Virus record (IMG/VR): IMGVR_UViG_3300020120_000133
Coordinates: 1-64,000 of that record
From: a virus
Length of the DNA: 64,000 nucleotides
Strand: one strand, 5' to 3'
This document shows, in pieces, positions 7,863 through 18,478 of the stretch. How positions within the stretch are numbered: position 1 is the stretch's first letter; each line of letters starts with the position of its first letter. A program made the translations under genes and the position numbers. The notes below the pieces were generated by a model. The model did no database searches and had not been told where the DNA came from. It saw only the letters and a program-made list of their open reading frames with translations.

Positions 7863-9109
7863 CCATGAGTGACCCGACAATCGCGGTATTGAAAGAGGCG
7901 GCAACCCTGCACGGCGAATGGTGGAAGAAGTCTGGCAATGAGTTTCCAGCATCAATCATCGCCAGACATATTCGCCAGCATATCTCCCCTCCGACGCCGC
8001 CCGCTGAAATGGATAACCGCATAGAACCGCGAGACCCACACAGGCCGCTTCCTTCGCTTGAGCATCTTCCGGGTTGTGCATACGACCACGCGAAGCCGGA
8101 GGAACACACCGGATCGTGCGTTCCCGAATGTCCCGTCGGCGGACTCGAAACCACAAAGCGGCTCATCAAAGCGGGACTGATGGACCCCGTGACGTTGAAG
8201 ATGCGAGAGTCGCCGCCAGCCGAGACGGATGATCAACGAAAGCCGGTAAAGGTGCGCGTGAACGATATTGTAGACAAAGAACTTCCAACTCCGCTAAATG
8301 CAATAGAACTTAAGATACTTGCCGGTTTTGGAAACAATCGCCATGTCATGCGAGAGCATTCTGATGGACCGGCAGGAGATGAGTATTTTGATGACGTGGA
8401 TTTGATTGATTTGGAAGAGGGCGATCAGTTTTGGGTTCTCCCTACCTGTACTCCCGGCATGTGGCCGCATACCGGGCAAACCCGAAAACCCGAGCCGCCC
8501 GCTGAGACGGGGGAGCCATACGCGCCGGGACGAATGAGTGTTGCCGACCAGCCCACCGCGAATCCCCAAGTCGATCAATCCATGATGACGCAGATTGAAG
8601 CATTGAGTAGCGATCCAGAGATCGTGAAGCGGTGCGAGGAACTGAACAAGCCCTCCGAGATGGGGGAGCAATTAGACGAAGCTGGGCACCCAATAAGCCA
8701 CAACAACAGTTTTGCATCCTTCTTAAGAAAGACCGATGAGTCACAGCAGCCCTCCGCGAATCCGCAGGGGGATGAACAATCGATGGCATACCGAGACGGA
8801 AAGGAAGAAGGGCAACTTGATTCAGTAACGCGGTTTATCTGCGAATTGTTCGAGGACCGTAAAGACCTCCGCGCCCAACTCGATGCGGCCACGAAATTAC
8901 GTGAACAGAACGCAAAGGATTCGTTGGGATTAATCAAGAAACACATGGATATCCTGAAGCAACTCGCCGACGCCCAGCAGAGGCTCCCATCCGCCTATTT
9001 CTCAGACCGCCCGCTCGCCGAACGGATAGAGAAGCTTGTCGAGGAATGGGGAAAACTCAAACTGCTCTCCGAGGGATTTCTTGCCGACGATTCCCACCGC
9101 GATGGTTAG
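7859..9109 (+). CDS. Hypothetical protein (416 aa), acidic with a coiled-coil C-terminus
   Basis: ORF-track ORF. ATGA overlap with the recombinase stop. Confidence 0.55.
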   Translation: MTMSDPTIAVLKEAATLHGEWWKKSGNEFPASIIARHIRQHISPPTPPAEMDNRIEPRDPHRPLPSLEHLPGCAYDHAKPEEHTGSCVPECPVGGLETTKRLIKAGLMDPVTLKMRESPPAETDDQRKPVKVRVNDIVDKELPTPLNAIELKILAGFGNNRHVMREHSDGPAGDEYFDDVDLIDLEEGDQFWVLPTCTPGMWPHTGQTRKPEPPAETGEPYAPGRMSVADQPTANPQVDQSMMTQIEALSSDPEIVKRCEELNKPSEMGEQLDEAGHPISHNNSFASFLRKTDESQQPSANPQGDEQSMAYRDGKEEGQLDSVTRFICELFEDRKDLRAQLDAATKLREQNAKDSLGLIKKHMDILKQLADAQQRLPSAYFSDRPLAERIEKLVEEWGKLKLLSEGFLADDSHRDG

Positions 9110-9885
9110 ATCATCCCCCACCGGTCCCGAAACCACCCAAGCCGCCGGAACCGAACCAGCATCTGATCCGCGATCACCGCCGGCACCGGCTTCGTTCCCC
9201 TGAAGATCGTGCGTTCCCCATCCTCGCCGAACAGCAGTCCCCATCTCACCGCGCCGGCGAGGTCCGGGAAGATCCGGCACAGCAGCATCGAGCAGACGTG
9301 GCGCCGCCAGCGCAGCAGCATCGCGGGAGAGGCCGGGACCGGAACCGGATCGCGTCGCGGCGGCTTGCGACCACCGGCGGGCAGCAGTCTCAGGACCGCC
9401 GCTGCCGTCCAGATCGCCGCGCCGTCTGCGGTCGGAATGAAATGCCTGTTCAGATATGCCGCGATCTCCGGCCTCACCATTCCCCTGTCGCGCTGCGTCT
9501 CGATAATTTTCATGACCCCCAAGATTGTCTGGGGGCACGGACACATTTTTTCGCGCTGCCGCCAATCGTTATCGGTGAACAGCGCATCGATCGCTGATGT
9601 CGAAACCCAGAACCCCGGCAGCGGCGCGGCTTCGACCCTGATCTTCGCGTGAATCAACGCCGTGATTCTCAGGAACGCTTCGAGCGCCGGATCGGGATTC
9701 AGGGAAAGTGCCGATGCCACCGTATCGGTGCTGATCTTGAGTTCGTCGGCGAGGACGGCAGGGGAGAGGCCGAGCTGGTGGCAGAGGGTGCGGAGGGGAT
9801 TCACGGTATCGCGGGAGTGACGGCAAATTTGAACCGAGACCAGATCACAGACCGTATCCGGCGCGGACGTATTCATTGACCGCAT
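9106..9885 (-). CDS. Putative DNA-binding regulator (HTH plus a recombinase-type DNA-binding-like segment)
   Basis: LCHQLGLSPAVLADELKISTDTVASAL is HTH-like. IAAYLNRHFIPTADGAAIWTAAAVLRLL resembles the helix pattern of serine-recombinase 'recombinase' domains. Last gene of the tail operon. Confidence 0.45.
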   Translation of the reverse strand: MRSMNTSAPDTVCDLVSVQICRHSRDTVNPLRTLCHQLGLSPAVLADELKISTDTVASALSLNPDPALEAFLRITALIHAKIRVEAAPLPGFWVSTSAIDALFTDNDWRQREKMCPCPQTILGVMKIIETQRDRGMVRPEIAAYLNRHFIPTADGAAIWTAAAVLRLLPAGGRKPPRRDPVPVPASPAMLLRWRRHVCSMLLCRIFPDLAGAVRWGLLFGEDGERTIFRGTKPVPAVIADQMLVRFRRLGWFRDRWGMI

Positions 9886-11764
9886 GGGCCTGAAGATTCG
9901 ACCCCCAATTTTCTTTCCATTGCGCCTTCGCCGCCGTCATGAAGTTGTCGAGGTTCGGCGTTCCCCCGATCGTGACGTTGTACGACTCCACCGTCCTGCC
10001 GGGATCGGCGAACACCGAATCCACGAACGTCGATGAATCCGCCGTCCGCGCCTGCCATGTCGTAAAACTCATGTAGTCGCCGTTGATCTTCATCCGCTGA
10101 TTCGGCGCCGACGTGCTGTACCACGCATCGCCGCTGAAGTGCAGCGCCGCCGTGGTGTAGTAGAGATCGACAACCGGAGTGGCGGTGTTCTCGGAGAACT
10201 TGTTGCCCGTCACTGTCAAGCTGCCGTCGAACATCTGGATCAGCAGCGAACCATGCCAGCGATAGAACACGTTGCCCGTGATGCTGACTTGGGGATTGAC
10301 CGGAAGCGCGACGCTGGGGCCGCCGGTCGTGAAGGGCGCGGTAGTCTTCATGTTCAGGGACAGCGCGGGGCCGAGGCCGACGCCCGGCAGCTTCGACGCG
10401 ATGACGTTGCCGGACATCGAGAACTTCGGGAGTCGCGTCACATCAGGTCCGATTCCCCTGTCGCCGCTGCTGGTCGAGTCGAGGTCAGCGCCACCGAGAA
10501 CCACGTTGTCGTTCCACTGCGAATCCGATTCCGCGATCGACCCCATCATCGGGCAGTTGATATACAGGTTGTCCTCGACGATGCCGCCGCACATGACCTT
10601 CGATCCGTCGCCCGCGCCCCTGCAGAAGATGTTGCCGGTGCAGCGGCAGGGTCCCGAGAGATAGCTGCCATAGAGGTTGTGGGACAGGAACGTGCGAACC
10701 GGCGCCAAGGTCGGGTGCCAGCCGCCGTAGTCGCAGATGTTTTCCTCGAACGTCCAGGGCTGCGCGCCGTTCTCGACATATAAGTTGAACGCCTTGAACG
10801 AGAGTTTCGTGGGGTCGGAGTTGGCGTTGTACTGGATCCGAAAGACGTTGCGCCGAATCCGCAGGTTGCTGACCTTCGCGATAACCTCAAGATGGCAGAA
10901 CTCGAACCAGCACGACTCCACCAGCAGCCCATTCATCGGCGAGGCCGCGCGGATCGTGCCGTTCAGGGTGCCGATGACGCCAGGATCGAAGTCGCCGCTG
11001 GCCGGGTCTTTCTTGGACCAATAGAAGTGGACGCCGACGAACGCGACATGGTTGATCGGCGTCGATCCAACTGGGGTCCAGCAGGCTTCACGGTTGATCT
11101 TCGGCGGGTTGCCGCTGGCGCCGTAGTACGAGATCAGCTTGGGTTCGGCGTCGGATTTCCCGCTGCTGCTGAAGGTGATCTCTTCGGTGAAGGTGTCGCC
11201 GCGCTTGAGATAGACCCAGTCCGGCATGTTGGCGCGGAACAGGCTGCGCGCCTTCGCGAAGGTGAGGAACGGCGTCGAGGTCGTCAAGCCATCGTTGCTG
11301 TCGCTGCCGGAGTTGCTGACGTAATACTTCTTGGTGTCGGCCGACTCCGTGAAGACCGTCCAGCCGGTGCCGGAGCCGCCGTCGCCGCCTTGGGGAACGA
11401 CGCCGCCTTCGATGAACGAGATCGTGATCGTCGAAGCGGTGCCGGCCAAGCCCGAGCCGTTGCTGCCGCTGAAGGGCGTCGCGGTGATGACGTAGCTGCT
11501 GCCGGCGACGGGTTGCCAGCCATTGAAGCGACAATCGGTCGTTTGGCCCAGCAGGGCGTAGGGTTCGTCGTTCGCGATGAAGAAGGGGGCGCCGTTGACG
11601 GTCCAAACGACCGAGCCGACGCGGCAGGGATCGCAGTTCGCCCGGATGCTGAGATTGCGTCCGACGGCCGTGAGGTTGATGACCGCGCCGTCGATCAGTG
11701 GGTTGAAGGTGGAGATTTCCTTGCCGCTGTCGGCATTGATCAATAGGAATCTTTCAATCGTCAT
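9845..11764 (-). CDS. Tail fibre / depolymerase-like protein (N-terminal carbohydrate-binding-like domain plus right-handed beta-helix)
   Basis: Start at ATG 11764 behind GGAGAACGGC. Contains YYVSNSGSDSNDGLTTSTPFLTFAKA, the typical entry to a pectate-lyase-fold helix. Lies downstream of the J-like gene. Confidence 0.65.
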   Translation of the reverse strand: MTIERFLLINADSGKEISTFNPLIDGAVINLTAVGRNLSIRANCDPCRVGSVVWTVNGAPFFIANDEPYALLGQTTDCRFNGWQPVAGSSYVITATPFSGSNGSGLAGTASTITISFIEGGVVPQGGDGGSGTGWTVFTESADTKKYYVSNSGSDSNDGLTTSTPFLTFAKARSLFRANMPDWVYLKRGDTFTEEITFSSSGKSDAEPKLISYYGASGNPPKINREACWTPVGSTPINHVAFVGVHFYWSKKDPASGDFDPGVIGTLNGTIRAASPMNGLLVESCWFEFCHLEVIAKVSNLRIRRNVFRIQYNANSDPTKLSFKAFNLYVENGAQPWTFEENICDYGGWHPTLAPVRTFLSHNLYGSYLSGPCRCTGNIFCRGAGDGSKVMCGGIVEDNLYINCPMMGSIAESDSQWNDNVVLGGADLDSTSSGDRGIGPDVTRLPKFSMSGNVIASKLPGVGLGPALSLNMKTTAPFTTGGPSVALPVNPQVSITGNVFYRWHGSLLIQMFDGSLTVTGNKFSENTATPVVDLYYTTAALHFSGDAWYSTSAPNQRMKINGDYMSFTTWQARTADSSTFVDSVFADPGRTVESYNVTIGGTPNLDNFMTAAKAQWKENWGSNLQAHAVNEYVRAGYGL

Positions 11765-12033
11765 GCCGTTCTCCCGTATCGAAACCGACGATTGGCCTTT
11801 ACCGCCCGCTTGATGCAGCCGCGACAAGGCGGGATGCCGATCGCGCCGGTGATCTTGGTCATCGTGTCGCCGAGTCCTCGCGACGCCTGCCGCTGTCGCA
11901 TCATGTGGCGAGCCGCTTTGGCACACTCTGATCCCGGTTCGAGGACGAAATCGGTCGGTGTTGCCTCGGCGCAGCCAGCCAGGAACGTGACGACCTCTGG
12001 ATCCAGCCTCGAAATTGGAATTCTGATCGGCAT
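11761..12033 (-). CDS. Small hypothetical protein with a CxGC motif (90 aa)
   Basis: TAATG overlap with the J-like stop and ATGA overlap with the next start. Contains GIPPCRGCIKRAVKAN. Confidence 0.45.
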   Translation of the reverse strand: MPIRIPISRLDPEVVTFLAGCAEATPTDFVLEPGSECAKAARHMMRQRQASRGLGDTMTKITGAIGIPPCRGCIKRAVKANRRFRYGRTA

Positions 12034-15000
12034 TAGGTCGTGCAAAGATCGGTGTAGGAGTTCAACGTTCCCTGAGCCGCGAGGGTCATTGAATCGGCGT
12101 CGATTGAAATGCCATCGCTAACGATAACCCACTCACCAGTCCCGACAGTTCCATCCGGCGCGCAGAGGCCGACGTTCGCTGCCTCAAAGATCGTCGCTTT
12201 GCCATCCTCGTAAATTTGCAGCCGCCACTTGCCGCTGACGTCATCGAAGAAGATTTTGCAGTTGTCCTCAAAAATTCCCAGCCAAAGGCACCCACTCAAA
12301 ACCGGCTGCATCAACTTGAAGTTCGGCGGCGTCGATCCGGTCACGAGGTTCGCGGTGTAATCCCCGCCAGCCGTGTCCATGCGCAGTTTGATCTCGCCGG
12401 TGCGGAACGTTCTGAAAACCAGAACCGCGTGATTGCCGCCATCGCCACCGTCGGTCGGATCGAAGCTGCCGGCGCCGCCGCCGCCAGTCCATGTCGCCGG
12501 ATCCTTCGGTGCCGACTCCGCAGCACCGGACGACGTGAATCCCGGAGCGCCGGGACCCAGCGGGAAGGTGACGGGGAAGTCGGGGTCCGCTTCTGCGGTC
12601 ACCGAAATATTGACGCCGCCCGAAATGCTGCCGCCAAAAGCTGGGAACCAGTACGGCCCCGGAAGGTTGAAGTCGAGCGCCTGCGCACCACCGATCCAGG
12701 TGATGCCATAAATTCCCGGCGGGAATGCTCCCCACGACGTTTCGGCCGCGTTCACGACCGGCATCATGCGATAGCCCAAAATATTCGTGACCCCTCGCGC
12801 CAAGATGCGTTCACGCTGGAACCCGCCGACCTTCCACCGGACGACGAAGAAATTACAACAGGTCGGCGCGTCGCAACTGGTCTGGTCGTCCACGGCGCAG
12901 AGGCGGAACACGGGATTGCCGGTCACCGGACCCGGCCTGTTGTCGGGGTACGGATCGTCCTGAAGCCACACACCGATTTTCCCGCCCGTGTGAACGAACG
13001 TGACGGTCTTGTCCGCTTCTGTCAGCGTCGTGCGATACGCTTCCTGCGCGTCGAGATCGGTGGGGTATTCGACCTCAGAATCCGGTTTCAGCGCCAAGTC
13101 GGCGTCGATGTCGCCAGCGGTCTTGTAGCGCACGAAATAGCGGTGATCGCCGACGTGCAGCCTGTACCCTTGAACGCCCTGCGAGAACGTGATCACTCCG
13201 CTGACCCATTCCACCGAATATGTTCCGGCCGCGAAGTTCGCGCCGTCGCCGAAATACACAACCGTGGCGTCCTGATACCGCGCCGAAACCTTGAGGCACT
13301 TATCGTTGCCGTCGCATGGCGGCTTCGGGCAGCAGGGCTTGGCGCTGAAGCAATCCTTCCCATCCTTGGGGTTCGGGTTCGCCAGCAGTCGCGGCGTCGC
13401 GGATCCCACTGGATCACCTTCGGCGCTGCCCCAGATCGAGCTTTCCGGGATCAACGCGATGGCGCTGCCGTCGAAGCCGAACCGACCGAAGAAGTGCCAC
13501 CGGCCCCCGTCCTTCTGGTAGTCGATATCCATCGTCAGCAGGATCGCGTCGAACTTCGCGGTGATCGTCTGGCCGCCGCCGAGATCGGCCTGCCACGTCG
13601 CCGTCACGGTCGTGGCTTCGAGCATCGGCAGATCGAGTTGATCGACCGCCGGCAGGATCGGGACCGCGCCATTCAGCGTGATCGCATACGGAACCCGCAG
13701 AACCGAAGTCGGCGCGAACCAGAAGTTCCCGCAGTTCGCCGGCTCCGTGCAGCCTTCGTCGCATTGATCGCAGTCGTCGCAGGCCTTCTTTTCGAGGCAC
13801 AAATCGTATTCGGGGTTCCCCTCGGCGCCGGTGTTGTCGTAGGCCGGTGACCGCAATCGGATGCCCACTGGACCGGCCGCCGCCAGCGCCAGCGTCGCGT
13901 TCTGCCCGCTGTTCGCTTCCTCGGCGATCGCGGCCGAACTGTAGCCGGTGTCGGGATCGTCGAAGCTCGGCGCCGGCTGCAGGACCACGATGTTGCCAGC
14001 CCCGTCCTTGGTGACGACATCGTAGCCTTTGACCGTCCAGCCGCCGTGCGGATTGAGCTGGTAGGCGCCATCGATGTAGTAGAGGAAGTAGTTGCCGGGC
14101 GCGTAGACCCCGCCGCTGTTGAACCAGACGACGTCGCTTCCGGTGCCCCCGACGGCCGATTCGCAGGCACCCGGAACGGTCGGATCGGTCGGGATGCTGT
14201 CGCCCGGATCGTTGGGGTTGCCGGTATCGGTATCGCGCAACAGGGAAAGAACCGGCCGATGTTCCTGGGCGCTGAACTTGATGTCGCCGCGCTCGTCTTC
14301 TTGACTGCTGACAATCCGGGATTTCACGCGCGACAATCCGCAGCCGACGTGGCTGATCTCGATGCAGTCGCCGGGCGTGAAGGCCAGACCGAGAAAATGG
14401 GTCTTCAGTTCGACCGATCGGCGGTTGGCGTGGACCTGATCGAGAACGCCGCGCGCGATGATCTCGGCGTGACCGTTGCGGCTGATGCCGTTGAACGACA
14501 GCGTGGACATCTGGACGTGGTAGCGGCTGTTCTGATCGAACTCGTTATCGGCCTGCACGATGTCCTTGCGGTACTCATCGCGGACGTTGGTGTACTGCAC
14601 CCTGATGCGGTTGATGCCGGTGCCGCGACCTTGGAACGTCACGGCGGCGGCGCCATCGACCATGTTGCCTTCGTTGAACAGCCACGACGGGAAGATGCCG
14701 GGTTTCTGGATGCCGACGTAATAGCGGCCGTCGGCCATGTACTGATAGCCGTTGATCGAGGCGAGGATTTCGTTGGTCACCAACTCGGCAACCGGGATCT
14801 CGTTATCCAGCACGAAATCGAACTTGAATCTCTCGGCGTATCGGTAGCTGATCGCCGGCAGCGTCGTGGTGCCGTCGGGATGCTTCTTGACCTTGCGGGG
14901 GTTCTGCATCCGGACGCCGCCGACGCAGTGGGAGTGAACCGACTCGAAGCTGCTGAGGCAGAACAGCGACGCCTGCAATCCCGCACCCCAGCGCCCGCTG

Positions 15001-17102
15001 TCCAGGTTGACATCGTCCACCATCGCGGCCCATGCTGCCGCCGCGACCGAGCTGTTGCCCTCCAACTGCACGAGGTTGTAGGCGTTGTACGTGCGGTACG
15101 ACCAGTCGCGGACCCAATCCTTGACCGAGTTGGCCTGCGGCATCACGAGGTCGTAGAGGTCCCATCCGGCGCCAGCGAGGCCGGGGCCGTTGCTGTAGGT
15201 CGATACCGCCGTTGCGGTCGCGACGTAGTTCTTGTAGCCGCTGCCGTTGTCCCGGACCCAGAAGTTGGCGCCGCCGCTTTCGTTGACCCCGAGGATCGGA
15301 TCGGTCCCCGGCGCGTTGATGGCCGAAGCCTGATGATCCGCGATGCAGCGATAGCGCATGCCGTCGTCACCGGTCACCAGATCGCCGATGACGTACTGGG
15401 TTCCGGTATGCCATGGCGCCCAAACTCCGTCGCTTTGGACGTAATCGCCCGTGGTATAGCTGTGGCCGACGACCCAGATGGGGAACTGCCACTGAAACTC
15501 CGGCTCCGTCGGCGTCCCGTTGGCGCTGACGTCTTCGAGGTCTTCGATAACCGATGGGATGAAATTGACCAGCGCGGCGGTCGATCCGGTGTAGGGTTTC
15601 GCGATCGTGACGTGGCCGGTCCAACTGTTCTGCCGCGCCGAAACGGTCGATCCGAAGCACCCTTCGTTCAGGCTGTTGTCGTTGGATCCGAGAACCTCGG
15701 TGGTGCCTTCCTGCGGGTCCCAGTAGACGAAGCTGTCGGTTTTGATGACGCCGATCCGATTGCCCGTCGCGCAGACCCCGATGCAGCCCCCGACATTGAC
15801 GTTCGTGGTATCGCGGAAGGTCTCGCCGCTGTCGGCGTCGGCCATGAGAACGTGGCCCGCGACGGTGACGAGGATGTAGGCGTGGAAGTCGGGGGAATAG
15901 CAGAACGCCTTGTAGTTCGGTTCCGGGAAATCGATCAGCATCTTCTCGATGCGCCCGGTGCCGAGCCACCATCGCATGACGTAGCGCCCGTCGCTGCCGT
16001 TATGCAGGGTGTGGAGGATGCCGTGGCGCTCGTCGAGGTATTCGGCCTTGATGGGGTTCACGTAGCCGGGGTCCGGCGTGTAGTGTTCCCAGTCCGGCGA
16101 ACCGTTTGTCGCGCCCCAGTAGGCGACGTGGAAAAGCGATGAGTCCGAGGGGTCCTGCATCACCACAACGTCGTGCCTGCCGAGATACCAGCCAAAGATT
16201 ATGTCGGAGCTGACTCCGAGGGGCGGCGCCGTATGCTGCCTGCCGGACGCGCCGCTGCGGCTGATGCGGACCAAGCCGCGCGGGGAAGCGGTGTCCGAGG
16301 AAGTCAGCGTGTAGAAGAAGCATTCGCTGTCGGCGTCGTAGTAGGCGTATCCGACGGCATCGTGGAAGTTCGACCCGCTGGTCGTCCCGGATCGCCGCAG
16401 CGTGAAGTCCTGGCCGACGGCATCGCAGCCGAAATCGACGAGGCGCGGGGTGTAGCCGCAGAAAGCCTGCAAACTGATCCGCGCGGTGTTGCGCCACGGC
16501 ACCGCCGGCTCATGCGACGTGATATCCAGCCAAACGCCGCCGACATCTTCGGCGAACCCGAGCGCCACCGGCTCGCCGCTGTTCGTCACCATCGGCAGTA
16601 AGCCTTCGTTGTTTCTGCCGTTGTAAAGTTTTGTGATAAAATATTCCGACTCGCTTGTATTGTGTGCTTTGACCGCGAGTTGCAGCGCGTCGGCCTTTCT
16701 TCTCGTGTCAAAACGGTAATTACCGATTGTCTGGATCGGCCCTTCGGAAAGTCCGATGATGGCGTGAAGCAGCACCAGTCTGGCGCGGCCGTCGTCTTTC
16801 CCCGTCGCATAACTCAGGAAGTTGCCCAACGCGATGTAGTTGCCGCCGAGTCGCCCGCGCCCGAAGACCACCGGAACCGGCAGGGTTCGGATGCTGGTCG
16901 TCGAAATGGTGTCCTGGGTCTTCCGCCCCGTGTTCGGCTTCTTCTGCCCCAGCAGGCCGATCGCACCGACTGCCGCGCCGATCGCGGCACCAACCAGTGC
17001 GCCACCGATGCTGAATGTCCCAGCAGCGATGGCAGCGGGACCGCCGCCCCCTGCCAGAGCGCCCACGGCCAAGCTCACGATCAACGGTATGGCGACTGGC
17101 AT
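12033..17102 (-). CDS. Host-specificity / central tail fibre protein (lambda J / GTA g15-like), 1689 aa
   Basis: Gly/Ala-rich hydrophobic N-terminus, then LPVPVVFGRGRLGGNYIALGNF and LHAIIGLSEGPIQTIGNYRF, typical of J-family proteins. Positioned after NlpC/P60. Confidence 0.8.
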   Translation of the reverse strand: MPVAIPLIVSLAVGALAGGGGPAAIAAGTFSIGGALVGAAIGAAVGAIGLLGQKKPNTGRKTQDTISTTSIRTLPVPVVFGRGRLGGNYIALGNFLSYATGKDDGRARLVLLHAIIGLSEGPIQTIGNYRFDTRRKADALQLAVKAHNTSESEYFITKLYNGRNNEGLLPMVTNSGEPVALGFAEDVGGVWLDITSHEPAVPWRNTARISLQAFCGYTPRLVDFGCDAVGQDFTLRRSGTTSGSNFHDAVGYAYYDADSECFFYTLTSSDTASPRGLVRISRSGASGRQHTAPPLGVSSDIIFGWYLGRHDVVVMQDPSDSSLFHVAYWGATNGSPDWEHYTPDPGYVNPIKAEYLDERHGILHTLHNGSDGRYVMRWWLGTGRIEKMLIDFPEPNYKAFCYSPDFHAYILVTVAGHVLMADADSGETFRDTTNVNVGGCIGVCATGNRIGVIKTDSFVYWDPQEGTTEVLGSNDNSLNEGCFGSTVSARQNSWTGHVTIAKPYTGSTAALVNFIPSVIEDLEDVSANGTPTEPEFQWQFPIWVVGHSYTTGDYVQSDGVWAPWHTGTQYVIGDLVTGDDGMRYRCIADHQASAINAPGTDPILGVNESGGANFWVRDNGSGYKNYVATATAVSTYSNGPGLAGAGWDLYDLVMPQANSVKDWVRDWSYRTYNAYNLVQLEGNSSVAAAAWAAMVDDVNLDSGRWGAGLQASLFCLSSFESVHSHCVGGVRMQNPRKVKKHPDGTTTLPAISYRYAERFKFDFVLDNEIPVAELVTNEILASINGYQYMADGRYYVGIQKPGIFPSWLFNEGNMVDGAAAVTFQGRGTGINRIRVQYTNVRDEYRKDIVQADNEFDQNSRYHVQMSTLSFNGISRNGHAEIIARGVLDQVHANRRSVELKTHFLGLAFTPGDCIEISHVGCGLSRVKSRIVSSQEDERGDIKFSAQEHRPVLSLLRDTDTGNPNDPGDSIPTDPTVPGACESAVGGTGSDVVWFNSGGVYAPGNYFLYYIDGAYQLNPHGGWTVKGYDVVTKDGAGNIVVLQPAPSFDDPDTGYSSAAIAEEANSGQNATLALAAAGPVGIRLRSPAYDNTGAEGNPEYDLCLEKKACDDCDQCDEGCTEPANCGNFWFAPTSVLRVPYAITLNGAVPILPAVDQLDLPMLEATTVTATWQADLGGGQTITAKFDAILLTMDIDYQKDGGRWHFFGRFGFDGSAIALIPESSIWGSAEGDPVGSATPRLLANPNPKDGKDCFSAKPCCPKPPCDGNDKCLKVSARYQDATVVYFGDGANFAAGTYSVEWVSGVITFSQGVQGYRLHVGDHRYFVRYKTAGDIDADLALKPDSEVEYPTDLDAQEAYRTTLTEADKTVTFVHTGGKIGVWLQDDPYPDNRPGPVTGNPVFRLCAVDDQTSCDAPTCCNFFVVRWKVGGFQRERILARGVTNILGYRMMPVVNAAETSWGAFPPGIYGITWIGGAQALDFNLPGPYWFPAFGGSISGGVNISVTAEADPDFPVTFPLGPGAPGFTSSGAAESAPKDPATWTGGGGAGSFDPTDGGDGGNHAVLVFRTFRTGEIKLRMDTAGGDYTANLVTGSTPPNFKLMQPVLSGCLWLGIFEDNCKIFFDDVSGKWRLQIYEDGKATIFEAANVGLCAPDGTVGTGEWVIVSDGISIDADSMTLAAQGTLNSYTDLCTT

Positions 17103-17111
17103 TCAGCGGAA

Positions 17112-17522
17112 TCAGACGACTTCGCGCTGCCGCCACGCCATAACCACCAGCGGGGAAACGAGATCAGCGCGGGAGATCGTCAACCTGTCGAGCATCTGGT
17201 AGGCCATGCCGCTGCAGTACAACCCGAGATGGTTCCTTCGGAGATCGCCGATCATGAGGATGTCGCCGTCGCGCCAGACGCCAGTGACCTCGATGCGTTG
17301 GAATCGCCGGTCCAACCGTCGCGCGACTTCGGCGAAGCGATGGGGGCGCAGGTGATCGCGCTCGCCATAGGGAATGTCCAGGTCGTTGAACGGCCGGCCG
17401 ACGAGTTCGTAGATCAGCAGGACGAGACCGAGACAATCGACGCCATCGAAGTCCCTGCCGTGGTGAACGCGATTGATATCAGCGGGGATTGATGCGACGG
17501 CTTCCGGAAAGGTCATGGGCAT
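17112..17522 (-). CDS. NlpC/P60 (C40) peptidase, tail-tip protein (lambda K / GTA g14-like)
   Basis: GVDCLGLVLLIY (catalytic Cys context) and NHLGLY (His). Synteny between the DUF2163-like and J-like genes. Confidence 0.75.
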   Translation of the reverse strand: MPMTFPEAVASIPADINRVHHGRDFDGVDCLGLVLLIYELVGRPFNDLDIPYGERDHLRPHRFAEVARRLDRRFQRIEVTGVWRDGDILMIGDLRRNHLGLYCSGMAYQMLDRLTISRADLVSPLVVMAWRQREVV

Positions 17523-18463
17523 CAGCCGGATATAAGTGTCGGGATCGCTTGGCCGTAGGGCGCGGTCGTGAAGCCGCCAAAATTAAAAGCATTCCCATTC
17601 GGTGCCGGCCCGAACGTGGAACATGAGCGGTCACCCAAAAGGGTTTTGCTACATTGCATTCGAATGATCAGCGCATCCCCCGGTGCCGGCGCCTGCAGGA
17701 ACGGATATCGCAGGTAAAGCCGGCGCTGCCCCGCGACGACTTGATAGCGCTGTGCCGGCCGCTGCTGCGACGTCAGATTGCCCGAAGTAAAAAAAACTAC
17801 TGCATCTTCCCAAACTGCATTCGGATTCGCGGGCGATCCAGCATCCGTCAGCGCCTGCGCCGGCAACCGAATGTACGAGTCGGTGCTGCCGGAAAGCGCG
17901 GTTGTCGATACCGAGTAGGGGTTTGCCGCCAGATTGAACAGCGGCGTCGCGCCGAGACAGGCGCGGGATCCGAAAGTGTAAGGGCAAGATTGTTGAAACT
18001 GCCGGCGCGGCACGATCAGTTGGGCCATCATCCCGAGGACCGGGACGATCTCGAAACTCAAGGCCGCTTCGGTCAACTGCGCGCCCCTGATCTCCCCGAC
18101 GGTCAGGACGATCGCGTCGTTGGGATTGTCGAGCAACCGGCGATCGACGACGCGCAACGTCGCCTCCGCGCCTTCCAGTTCGTTCGTGTTCAGCAGCGCG
18201 GCCATCTGGAGGTTGATGTTGGAGATCAGCATGTTGACGCTGGGAACGTCGCCCGCTTGGGTGGACAGCACTTCCTCGACGAGTCCGCGCGTCATGTTCA
18301 TCGGCACGTAGGTGTTGCCATTCCACGTCAGTTGTTCGCCGGGACTGCAGAGATGGAGCGCCGAGGCCGCCGTGGTTCCGGCGAATCGGATGTCGAGAAG
18401 TTCGGCCCGCATCATCTCGCCCCCGTTTAGTACGCGAAGTAACCTTCTGCTGCACCGTTTCAT
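17522..18463 (-). CDS. DUF2163-like minor tail protein (lambda L / GTA g13-like)
   Basis: AELLDIRFAG...LTWNGNTYVP pattern and a Cys-containing C-terminal half. Synteny supports the call. The start may instead be ATG 18415 or 18412. Confidence 0.65.
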   Translation of the reverse strand: MKRCSRRLLRVLNGGEMMRAELLDIRFAGTTAASALHLCSPGEQLTWNGNTYVPMNMTRGLVEEVLSTQAGDVPSVNMLISNINLQMAALLNTNELEGAEATLRVVDRRLLDNPNDAIVLTVGEIRGAQLTEAALSFEIVPVLGMMAQLIVPRRQFQQSCPYTFGSRACLGATPLFNLAANPYSVSTTALSGSTDSYIRLPAQALTDAGSPANPNAVWEDAVVFFTSGNLTSQQRPAQRYQVVAGQRRLYLRYPFLQAPAPGDALIIRMQCSKTLLGDRSCSTFGPAPNGNAFNFGGFTTAPYGQAIPTLISG

Positions 18464-18478
18464 GTCGGAGTCAGACGA

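Noticed and set aside
9106-9109. Convergent genes whose stop codons overlap (TAG of the 416-aa gene and TAA of the regulator-like gene)
   Set aside because: It is real in the sequence, but such overlaps occur by chance. No terminator or other structure is associated with it.
12216-16142. 544-aa and 698-aa plus-strand ORFs
   Set aside because: They are antisense to the uninterrupted 1689-aa J-like gene. They are low-complexity and Arg/Gly/Ala/Asp-rich.
9845-17102. Diversity-generating retroelement acting on the fibre genes (also considered for 57949-64000)
   Set aside because: No reverse-transcriptase-like ORF (YxDD context) appears anywhere in the window, and I did not notice a template/variable repeat pair. 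A repeat search could still be run.
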